A stretch of 64,000 nucleotides of DNA from Azolla caroliniana (taxonomy: Eukaryota > Plantae > Polypodiophyta), in NCBI GenBank assembly GCA_043228905.1, contig JBHGNT010000004.1, forward strand, positions 14,632,001 through 14,696,000, in the 5' to 3' direction. The position numbers were made by a program, and so were the translations under genes. Under the pieces are notes generated by a model. It was given only the letters and a program-made list of their open reading frames with translations, was not told where the DNA came from and ran no database searches. Below, one piece after another: positions 47,425-58,656 of the stretch (its first letter is position 1; every line of letters begins with the position of its first letter).

Positions 47425-50400
47425 TGTTACCCATAGGAGTTGTACAAGGCAGTATAATGGTAAAACACGTTAAAGAGGTTGTTCGGTATGTGTAATGTAG
47501 ATGAGTATGTGTGAGCACATGCACAATTATGTGCATGTGACAAGAATGTAACGGTCTCTTTTTGTAACAGACATATTATTTACCGTTACATTATGTATTA
47601 TATAAACCCTTATGGGGCATGTAATGAGATATAGTTTTTTCCCCTCTCATTTGGTGTCATTTCCTATTTGTCTTTCTCTCTTGCTCTCTCTCTAACGTAA
47701 CCCCCTTGGGAGGGGGGTGAAGCCATTCTAGGTTTTACCCCCACCCAACAACACTTTTGGCACGGCCGAACGGCGGACCCTCCCTTTAGAAGAAGTCTCT
47801 CACTCTCCCTCTCCATCAGTAATCTCTCTAGCTCTCTTTTGTGTTCATTGTAACCCATTCCTTTCCTTTTCCTTTGAGCTAGAGATCGATATTCTCATTC
47901 TCAAACTCTAGCCTTTTCAGTCCCACCCCATCCCTCACCTCCTACGTCGTCAATGCTCTACACATGAGAAGCAACATCAAGAGATTCAAACTTACAGGAT
48001 ACGGTGATGAATATATGCGAACCAGCTCATCAAGATCAGACCTAGAGAGCTATACTTTTGTACAAGAAGTAAGTGATCAGATGTTGCTGATGCATTAGAT
48101 CGGAGCAAAAGAAACAGTGGCCAAGATCGACATGTATCTGAAGAAACTTCTTAAGAAAGCAGATCCAAATAGTATGCAAGACATCATTAAAGATGTGATG
48201 TTAGAGGGGGTGCAGCGAGTGAATAGAAAACGATCGAAAGCATGAGACTGCATTTCGAATGGGAGAAGAAGAATCGAATGAATCTATAGCCAACTGGAAA
48301 GAAAGAGAGAGCCAAAGACCAACCCCCACCTATGATGATGATGATGATGATGACGCTTCCTCTTTTGTAGGAAGAACGCCATGGATGTAAACTTTGGCCT
48401 CCTCTAAGTGCCCCTGATTCCCAAACATGCATGTATAGTGGGACAACGCAGAAGGAGTTGGAGCAGGAGGAGGAGCCATGGCGGCTGCCATTGCTAGTGG
48501 CCCAACAAGAGGAGCCACCAATAGATCACACATCCCATGATAATATACCCCATAGCCGGATCAGATGAAGAGCTTGCTACTGCTCACATGAACTTGGATC
48601 AAAGCACAAATGCACGCTGACTCTGTTCCCATGCTCCCTGCAGCGCAACAGAGTATCCGTTCTTAATCCCTAAAACACCTCTTCCATTGCCGCCACTTCT
48701 TGGATCCATCACCAGTATTAATCCTCTCTTCTGCCATAACGATACTAGGGGGTTCTCCTCTTCATGCTCTTTTATTGTAGCTACTGTTCTCCCACTGCCA
48801 TGCCCTGTTTCGGAGTTTTCTTCCGATCTCAAATCTTTCTGCTTAATCTACACGCACCTGTTCAGGCCAAGTGAGATATGGCTATCCAATCTCATGGAGT
48901 GTGATCTCTGATGCATAATTATCCCCGTCTCCTGTCAAGATCAAGCTCAAGGTGAAGATGGGAAGGAACCAATCTGTCGTTCTATCCGATCTAGCATCCC
49001 CGCGATTACAAAGACTCTGGGATGAGTTGCGGATAACATTTTCCCCTACATATGGCTATAAGAGTGGAAGGTCTTTACACATGAAGAACTCAGAATAGAG
49101 TGTTCAATCAGAATTTTCCCTTGTACCTTTTCAATCATGGTTGCAACGGCCGAACCACGCACAAGGTGTTGGAAGCACGTTCGCTCAATATGAAGTTCAA
49201 TGATTTTGATTCCTACAATTATCTCGAATGGCCACTGAACTGCAATGGCCAGCCGGACAAACATCCGACGGTGGCGGAGATGGCCACAGTCACAGATGGC
49301 CATAGGCAGAGCAGCACAAAGACATCCGAAGGTGGCCCACATGTGCGGCCGAGACGCGCGGCTAAGATGAATGACCACAATTACGGCCGAGATGCATGGT
49401 TGAGAGTACGGCCGAGATGCGGGGCCGAGAGTACAGCCAAGACGCGCGGCCAAGAATGCGGCCAAGACACGTGGCCAGATGTACGGCCAAGACGTGTGGC
49501 CTAGAGCACGGCCGAGAGTACAGCCGAGACGCGCGGCCAAGAATGCGGCCGATACGCGTGGTTGAGTGTACGGCCGAGTCGCGCGACTGAGAGTACGGCC
49601 AAGTGATGGCCGAGAATCGGTTGAGAGATCAGCGTCAGCGAAGAGCCTACCGAGATACGGTGACAACCGACGGCGGTTGACAAACAGAGAGTCGGCCGAA
49701 GGAGAGAAGGAGAGAAAGAGACGGCTAAGCCACAGACATTCGGAGGATAGCCGACGAACGGTGACGACCATACAGACGGTCCGGTAGTCGGCTAGCCGAA
49801 CGGCCCAGAATACAGCCAGTCGGTGCATAGGCACAGCCGAACCGGCCGAGAGATGACCGACGTCGGACAGAGGGCCGGAAAGACACGGCCAACAGGCAGG
49901 CCGAACAGCGACAGCCGGCGGATAGAGCCAGTCGGCCGACCGAGAGAACCAAACAGCCAGCGGACAGAGCTGGCAGGTGGAAACGGCCATCGGATAGAAG
50001 GATAGAGGAGGCCAAGAGAAGACAAACAGGAAGAAATGAAGAGGAGGAAGAAGAAGCAGAAGAAGAAAAGAAAGAAAGAAAAAGAGGAGAGAGAAGGAAA
50101 CGAAGAAAGAGAAGAGGGGTATGAAGAGAAAATTTCAAAAACATAAGGGCAGAAAGATGAAATTTCAAAAGCTCAAGGGCATGATGTGAGAAGTGGAGGG
50201 CAGAATGCAGAATTTCGAAAACTCAAGGGCCAAAAAAAAATTTCAAAAAATTCGAAAAAAAAAAACTTGAGGATAAAAATTTTAGAGACCAAGGGTACAA
50301 AATACAAAGCTCAATTCACATGACGAAACCGAAAAATACACATACATGTTTAACAAAATCATGAAAGGCCCATGCCGCAATGGAGGAGCCAATTGGTGTG

Positions 50401-50940
50401 TGATCCAATTGAGCGACATGCTGACCGAACGAGAAGGTTCGAGTCAAGTAATGCTCCGATCGAAGTTATCGATCGTAGAGCTATGATCCGGTCGATGGAT
50501 TTCCGACTGTTGAGACGACCGATGGAGTTTCGGTCGTTAATAGTTGCCATGGCGAGTGGGTTCACCATGCGATGCACTATCCCACAGGCGTGCCATGTGT
50601 TACCCGTAGGAGTTGTACGGGGCGGTATAATGGTAAAACACGTTAAAGGGGTTGTTCGATATGTGTAATGTATATGAGTGTGAGGATGAGTATGTGTGAG
50701 CACATGCACAATTATGTGCATGTGACAAGAATGTAACGGTTTCTTTTTGTAACGTACATATTATTTACCGTTACATTATGTATTATATAAACCCCTTATG
50801 GGGTATGTAATGAGATATAGTTTTTTCCCCTCTCATTTGGTGTCATTTCCTATTTGTCTTTCTCTCTTGCTCTCTCTCTAACGTAACCCCCTTGGGAGGG
50901 GGGTGAAGCCATTCTAGGTTTCACCCCCCACCCAACAACA
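47425..50940 (+). mobile_element. Non-autonomous LTR element (family E), about 3.5 kb, no recognisable pol
   Basis: LTRs at 47425-47753 and 50598-50940. The host integrase frame resumes afterwards (TNP|AAKDRL), implying TSD GGCTG decayed to AGTTG / GGCTC. Orientation is taken from the LTR TATA box and is uncertain. Confidence 0.88.
49340..49620. repeat. GC-rich degenerate tandem array of about 12-13-bp units (cggccgagaNNN)
   Basis: Repeated cggccgagatgc / cagccaagacgcg / cggccaagaatg / cggccgagagta units. Confidence 0.8.
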
Positions 50941-51977
50941 GGCTCCTAAAGATCGGCTCACCCGACTCCAAGAAGTTCAGGATATACTTTTGCATCATGT
51001 ATGTGATGCTCAAACCACTCACAAGAAGGTTGTTGACGATGACGTGATTCATCGACTACGTTTCAAGTAGGCAATCGAGTATGGCTCTTACAAGGTAGCA
51101 TTAAAAACACCCGACCTTGCTACAAATTGGATTATCAACGGCCCATATGTGATCTCTAGTAAGATCAATGATGTGACATTTTGCCTTGATCTTCCTCCTC
51201 ATATGCGTCTTCACCCGGTCTTCTATATTTCACTTTTGGAGCCCTACCCACCAAGCTCTATTTCGGGTCATCTTACACCACCCCCACCTCCAATCGAAGT
51301 TTCCAACGGCTCTGAATATGAGGTTGCTACCATTCTCGACTCCAAGATCATCCGCAACAAACTATATTATTTGGTTGATTAGTTAAGTTATACACCTAAT
51401 GATCGAACATGGGAGCTTGTCGAGCATCTTGCTAATGCTTCCGACATGGTTGCTACATTTCACAACAAATACGACTCGTGCAGCTCATCGTCAAAGAGGG
51501 GGGATAATGTCATGAAGACATACATTTTGGCTTATCAAGAGTCGAACCCACAACTTCTTGGTCTATGTGATGAACCTTTAACCATTGTAATAACATATAT
51601 GTTGTGTAGTTATAATAATTATAATTTTAGTTATTACAAGATATTTGGAATATTCTAAAACATTCTAGATTATTCTTGAATATTTCATGATTATATTTAT
51701 TATCATAAATATCTAAAATATTCTAGAACATTCTAGAATACTCCATAAGGATCTATAAATAGGTGTCTATACATTCATCACAACTCATTTAGTTCAACAC
51801 CAGTCTTTAGCCCTTAGCCTACTCTATGTAACCTTGTTTTCCCATAATATAATATCATTTCCATTTCCTCTCTTATCTCTCTCTCTCACTCTCTCTCTCC
51901 TACTTACGAGTCCCGACATTAGGTCTTGGTTTGTGCTAAAAGCTCTTGTCAGTAGCAGAGGATGTTCTAACCCTTGC

Positions 51978-52395
51978 GCTCTGATACCATGTAAAACATA
52001 ATATGCGGAAACTGTAACAGATCACAATTGGCTCAGTAGGATAACAACCAAAAACAGAGAGAATGGAACACACATAGTAGGTGAGTGAGAGAGAGACAAA
52101 GAGCGCAGACAACAATACTCTATTCAAAATAATGGACACTCTGTACATCAAATGTGCTCAGAGAACACTTTTATACAAGTCCATAAAGGATTGACATAAG
52201 TACCATCAGTACTTGAATGCTCATAAATGAGCCCCTACACTAACTCCCAAATATATTCCTTCGCGGAATATCTTTCCAACGGCTTTCCAGCTCCCGCTTC
52301 TTCAACCGATCTGGACCTAACCGATCGGTCCAATCCAATCCAGTTCTCGGCTTCTCTGGCCGATCCGACCCCAAGTTGAGCTTGCTCTTTCAACA
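51978..52395 (-). mobile_element. PBS (51978-51989) and 5' LTR (51990-52395) of another family-B copia
   Basis: gctctgatacca followed by TGTAAAAC...TTCAACA, homologous to the family-B LTR. Confidence 0.85.
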
Positions 52396-53149
52396 TAGAG
52401 GAAGGGGACAAAGTAGCCAGGCCAGTCCTCGCCGAATCAACCTTGGGGGATGGACCCCATTCCCTATAAATAGAGGGAACCATTAATGTAACATTTGTGT
52501 ATATTACCGTTTTCAGCCGTTATTAAAAAAAAGAAAATGAAAAAACAAAATCATTTAGAACTATTTAAAGACCCCTTGCATGCAAGCACATAACCCAAGA
52601 AGGAAAGTACATTGCCGTTCACACGTGTGGTGCCCATGACTCGACGAATCTTGGAAATAGGTTTCTCTAGCAAAACCATAATATGAACCATACATACCAT
52701 ACGTGCATTCGCCTTCGCGAATGATTGAAACATTCGCATAAGAAACACACCATCAAAGAATGAAAAATACCATACTTTTGGATTACCTATTTATTATGAG
52801 GTAAATAAACCTAAAACATGGAAAAAAACATTAAAAAAATGGGGAAAAACAAAAAAAAAAAAGCACAGGAATGTTTGAATAACATTCGCATTCGTTTTCC
52901 AACGTAGGAAAACGAATGTTATACTAGACGAACACGAATTTTACGTACTATGAGTAAAAGCAAACAAAAAGCAGACCGCAGAAGCACGCAGAGCATTTCT
53001 GGCATAGAAGAAGAAGACGAAGCGTAACATAGCAAAAGCTCCACTCACACTCTGCTCACCGAATCCCTCTTTGCAAACATCGAAACCCTCGCACCCGTGG
53101 CCATCAACATCCCCCCATCTCTAGTCAGTGGCTATAAGACCACGGATTG

Positions 53150-53880
53150 GTCGGCTACATCAGGGTCGTAGAGGTGACGCCGAATGCCAATGCCCACGAG
53201 ATATGAACAAAGATTAACGTGGATACCATAAAAAAAGCAACAATTTGGAAGAAGTTGGACTTGAGCCCAACATGTGAGCAATTTTATTTTGACATCCCAC
53301 CCACAGAAGTCTTGGAGAGATATTTTGGAGAATATTCCGCCAATCAGGACACAAATGGTGCCTGACATTTTCTTCCGAGACGTCATTAAGTTCCTATTAG
53401 AGATCACCTATGTTCATCCCAAATCGTACGGGATGCCGAAACATAAGGCCGACGTGATCATAGCGACATATCAAGGCAACCCAATCGATTGGGGGTTTGT
53501 CACGGGAGTGGCCTTATGAGCAGGCATCCTCACCTTGCAGACAGGAAAGAAGTTTCTGCCAATAGTCGCGCAATATTTAACAATGTTGTTTCCTCTAGCA
53601 TTAGCACTCCCAACACCAGTAGTGCCCAAGTCATCCCCAACACAATCGTCAGAGTCAGGACAAAAATTGCAGCTCAGAGACCTCCAAACAATGGAATGGC
53701 AAGATGAGGATAGAGAAAGGCCTCGACAAACCGAGTCCTCCACCCTGACGAAGAAAGCAGCTAGATCACACCACGCCTCCCCGGTCAGACAACAAGAACA
53801 GGCAGACCAGGTTAGCCGATCGATGGACTCCCAACAATAGAAGGACAACAAATACAGGGAGTCCATTGTCCAACAACAAA
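53150..53880 (+). pseudogene. Degraded ORF resembling retrotransposon accessory ORFs, function unknown
   Basis: Collinear ORFs 53274-53519 and 53535-53840 are separated by one stop. A globular part (..IIATYQGNPIDWGFVTGVAL..) is followed by a low-complexity tail. The family assignment is a guess. Confidence 0.4.
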
Positions 53881-54149
53881 GCGATCAATAGCAGCAAGAG
53901 GAACAACATATGCGGAATAACGCTCAGCCACAATCGAGACTCAAACACTTTATGAGAGAACAAAATAGAAATGGAGGTTCATACACTTACAAAGAAGAGA
54001 TGACACACGATGTTTACATGGAAAACCCTAATAGGGAAAAAAATCACGGGAGCCCACAGACTCCAACTATCACTATATGAGAATGGAGATACAACAGGAG
54101 ACTTAGAGTCAACGACCTCATGCTCTGTATCTTCACCAACTGGCGTCTT

Positions 54150-54189
<40 letters not shown>

Positions 54190-56363
54190 CAACTATAATA
54201 CAACTAACAACAACAAAAAACCACAACATCCTGAAGTGATTGGCCTAAGTCATATTTATACTTATATGACTTTAGGACTATTTACAAATAAAGCCTTTAC
54301 AGGCACACCAGAAACATATTTGCAGATATGTCCCTGGATCCGATTCACACTGGATACCTTCTGGTTCGGTCCAGTTGCTGCATCCGATATGGTTCCTTCC
54401 TTCGGCTCGTCCGAATCTCATTCAGATCCCATCCGAAGGGATCGAATTCCCAACAAACTCCCCCTTCACTCCAACCTGGGATTTCTCGTTAGTCTGATCC
54501 GTCTCCGGCACGTGTCCAGTTTGTCGGCTAACAGCACTTTGGTCAGCATATCTGACCCGTTCTCCTCCGTGTGGATCTTCGTCAGCATGAAGTCTTGATC
54601 TTCTACCTTCTCCCGGAGCCAGTGATACCTTCTCTGCATGTGCTTGGTTCGGGAATGGTAGGTTGCGTTCTTAGCAAGGTGGATGGCACTTTGGCTATCG
54701 CAGTAAAGCCGATATTCCTCCTGTCGGATCCCTAGCTCTCCGATGAAGTCCTTCATCTAGATTACTTCCTTGTTGGCTTCCACAACTGCCATGTACTCCA
54801 CTTTCGTTGTTGACAGTGCGACGGACTTCTGCAGCCTCGACTGCCATGATACGGCTCCCCCTGCATATGTCATGATGTATCCGGATGTGGATCGATTGGT
54901 ATCCGCATCAACCGACATATCCAAATCCGTAAAGCCTTCTTGTTGGGGTTTACCTGAGCCGAACCGGAGGCACATACTCTAGGTTTCTTTCAAGTACCGG
55001 AGTATCCACTTGACCGTGTTCCAATGTTCTCTTCCCGGATTGCTCATGAACTAGCTATGTATCCGATATCTAGTCGGGAGCACACCATCGCGTACATCAA
55101 CCTTCCAACAGCAAAAGCATATGGTATCTTCATCATATCTGACTTCTCTGTCTATGTCTTCGGGCTCTACTTTCCGAACAACTTGCAGTCTGCCGGAAGT
55201 GTCGACCCAATCGGCTTCGCATCCAACATGTTGAACCGTTTAAGCACCTTCGTCATGTACTTCTCCTGTGATAGCCATAGCAATTTCTTCGACCGGTCCT
55301 GGATTATGTGCATCCCTAGTATCTGTCTCACCGGACCCAAATCTTTCATTGAGAAAGTCCAGTTTAAGGCCTTCTTCAGATTTCCGATTTTGGTTCGGTT
55401 TGGTCCGACAATCAACATGTAATCTACATATAGTAGGAGTATTAGGAAGTCACCTCCGTCAAATTTCTTCACGAACACGCAGTGGTCGGGTTGCGTCTTG
55501 TGGTATCCTTGGTCGATCATGAAGGAGTCGAACTTCCGATACCATTGTCGGGGAGCTTACTTCAGTCCGTATAAGATCTTCTTCAACCGGCACACAAGGT
55601 GCTCCTTCCCTTTCTTCTCAAATCCTTTCGGTTGCTGCATGTAGATCTCTTCTTCGAGGTCGTTGTTACGGGCATGACCATATAATATTCCGTGGTGAGA
55701 ATTTACCGTAGTTTTCTATACACGTGGATAAGTGTGAGGGTTAAACAAGAGTGTAAAGAAGGCGAGGATTACTTTTAATCCTCGGGATTGAGACAACCCA
55801 TTAGGCCAAGTGTGAACTTGCTTGGGGGCCTTGGGTATCACTATAAATATGAGGCCTAGCTACCCTCATTTCATGATATCTTGATTACGTCGAGACTCTG
55901 TTTCATGGTGGGTCAACTCTTGTAGCGAGCGCACCAGCACTAGGTACGACTCGATGCCACGACGGTGGTATGGGACGCCTATTGAGGCTCAAGTCCGTCT
56001 CGATCCCTCTGCTTGGGGGTGGTCGGGTGCATCGACACCCTTCTTTCTCTCTCTCCTTTGTATCTATCTATCTTTTATCCTTATCATATGCTTACTTTAG
56101 ATCATAACTCTAAAGGTTGGTATCAGAGCTTATGTTTCTAATGTTTCCTTTGTTTGTTTTTGTCTTCTTGATGGATGGTGATCGATCAACATGTAGTCGA
56201 CCTTGATCCAGATAGCGATCAACAAAGGAACTTCAGTAACTCTTTCTTGTTTATTTTGTATTTTTTCGTCTCCCATCTAATCATATATATGGTCAATATG
56301 AATTTTTTTCATTGATTCAATGATGTTGTAGTGGTAATTAATTGGTTGTATAAAACGTTTACA

Positions 56364-56617
56364 TATGTGTATGAGGTCAATGCCTCATTTGACATACCTT
56401 TGATATGTGATTCGTGTTGTATGTGTACGAGGTTAATACCTCAATTGCGCAATACGTGCACATACATCTGTTACGTATGCGTATGAGGTCAATACCTCGA
56501 TTTTTTGTAACTGATATGCGTTTGGTGTCGTATGCGTAAGAGGTCAATACCTCAATTGCGTATTACGATTAACCCTTATTATTGGATGTTTCGTGTGCGT
56601 AGAGGCTATATGCCTCG
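56364..56617 (+). repeat. Five 24-bp hairpin-containing repeats separated by 31-39-bp diverged spacers
   Basis: Units at 56364, 56420, 56476, 56531 and 56594, consensus TATGYGTAYGAGGTCAATACCTCR. Confidence 0.8.
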
Positions 56618-57818
56618 ATTACGTGTCTCGATTTCATCATATGTTGGCTATTTGATGTTGCGATTTTTCTTAATATACGCATATGTGGTCACGTGTATAC
56701 GTATTTGATCATATATGTGTGATAAATATACATATGTGTATGTTAGTTATAATGTAATTTCTATATCAAATGTTGTCCTTTTCAGGGAAAGGATCTTGGT
56801 GTCTGTCCTCACATTTTTGTGAGAATGACGTAGTCATCATCTTTTTTTCAACAAATTTTTATTGTTGACATCCCTGTTGGTGACTTCGATTTCGTTACGT
56901 CATGAAACAATCTTAGCCACAATGGTGTTGAGAACGTAGGGCTTGACCCACTTGATGTGAGGTCGCTCTTATGACACACATATCCAACATCTCTCCCTCA
57001 TTACATGGATACGATGCCACCATGAGATCATTCTTACGAAAGGCATTCGTAATGACGTAACCATGTGATGGGCCACGTGGGCCTACTAGAAAAAGAGGGC
57101 TCATTTGGCTTGACAATTAGGTTGCACTTTGGTGTATGCCATCGTAATTATGAGACTTGAGGTTAGGTAACGTACCAACATAGTTTGTGGTAAATGAGGG
57201 GGAAATTAAGACTCTTGACATATATGTTTCTTTTAAAAAAACATATATGAGCAAATGCCTCGCATATCTCTTATACACATAAAACATTCAACATTCAACA
57301 TGAGCAACCTATTTGGTTAGCTCAAGTGTTTAATGCATTTGTTCTCGTGGTCTTGAGTTCAAATATGACCAAGACCATACAATGTCGTTGATACATATGA
57401 CTATAATACATGTTTAGACTTTAGGTCTAAGTGCACTTCGGGGTCCTCGTAATAGGACTTAAAGAGCCGAAACCACATACGTGGGCACAAAACAAAAACA
57501 TAGTTTATTGTTAACATTTTTTTCATGTATAAACTATTCATGACGCGAACATACATTGTTGAGCCTCGGGGAGCCACCATGAAAAAAATCGATATAGAGA
57601 TCAGGGAAAGACATTCATTTGTCACCACCATGGTTTTTAAAACACCTTTGTGTTACAATAGTAACCTGATCTTGAACTTTATCTCATACGTTTAGAGGGG
57701 TATTGACGTGAGATCATGATATCGATTAATGTTGGCCTATGATATGTTTGCATCACAACTTGATGTTATTACTATTTGTTTGACCTTATTCTATTTCTTT
57801 GCTAGAAATAATCATTCA

Positions 57819-58656
57819 ATGGCTCAGAATAACAACCCAATGTCATTTGCTCAAGCAGAAGGAACTCAAGGAAATCCTCATGGAGCAATCTCCATTGACT
57901 CGTATTTCTTACAAATACAAAATTTCCTTAGTTCAACCGCTCATCAGATGTCCAAACTTCGGCAATCTCAAAGTGCTCTCGAGGTACGTGTCATTAGTTT
58001 ACAACGTGACACTAATAGACCCGATGAGCGTTAGGGTGAACCATCATTTGTCGTAAAGCCATTTACGGGAGAAAAAAAAGGAAAGAACCGAAGAAGCAAT
58101 CTGCACGTGGCTAGGCCGATGGGAGTCTCATTTTGAGCTCTATCCCACGCCAGATAGTACGAAGATTGCATATGTCAGTCGAGAACTAGGGGGTAAGGTC
58201 GCCGCATGGTGGCGTGGGCTCCAAACTTTGGGGAAATTCCTCAATACCTGGACAGATTTTGTCACAGTTCTTAAGGGCCAATTTCTACAACCTCCCTCTC
58301 GAACCGAGGCAACACAAACTTTAATGAACCTCTCTAGTAGGAAGTTTTCCTCGCTAGAAGACTATGTTCACCATGCTAGAACCCAAATCCAAAAATCGGG
58401 TCTAGAAGAGGACAACTGGTTAATAGCTTGTTTTGTCAATGGCATCCCTAATTCGGACTATCACTGGATAGTGCACGATAAGGATCCAAAATCCTTCGAA
58501 GAGACCATTGAAATAGTTCTTTGCTATCAACGCACTTCGAAGAAGAACCACAACAAACCCAACGAAGCACTCGAGACTAAGCAGTCGCAATTTGCTGGGA
58601 AACGCAAGACACCCAACAAATTCATGGATCACGATTGTAAGCGACAACATCCTTAG
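57819..58656 (+). pseudogene. Gypsy gag (retrotransposon gag domain), disrupted
   Basis: MAQNNNP..., then IAYVSRELGGKVAAWW..TWTDFVTVLKGQF..SLEDYV..FVNGI..PKSFEETI. Confidence 0.7.

Larger units (their letters stand above)
46806..51918 (+). mobile_element. Chromovirus 3' half (integrase + chromodomain + PPT + 3' LTR 51508-51918), split by a family-E element
   Basis: PWKSISLDFIT..VVDHFTKM..DRGSQF..YHPETNGQSE (46785-47495) and HPVFYISLLEPY..EYEVATILDS..YYLVD (51149-51382). PPT aaagagggggga at 51493-51504. Confidence 0.88.

Noticed and set aside
13634-52395. LTRs at 13634-14056 and 51990-52395 as the two ends of one giant element
   Set aside because: The flanks do not match (AAGCT vs TAGAG) and the LTR sequences are too different.
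56364-56617. CRISPR array (24-bp palindromic repeats with roughly 32-bp spacers)
   Set aside because: The context is a eukaryotic retroelement leader with no cas genes. The repeats are degenerate and alternate spacers resemble each other, which fits tandem duplication.
57314-57372. Fifth tRNA-like module (tagctcaagtg...gagttcaaat)
   Set aside because: Both boxes are weak, the spacing is short, and it lies in a leader rather than an LTR. It could be chance.
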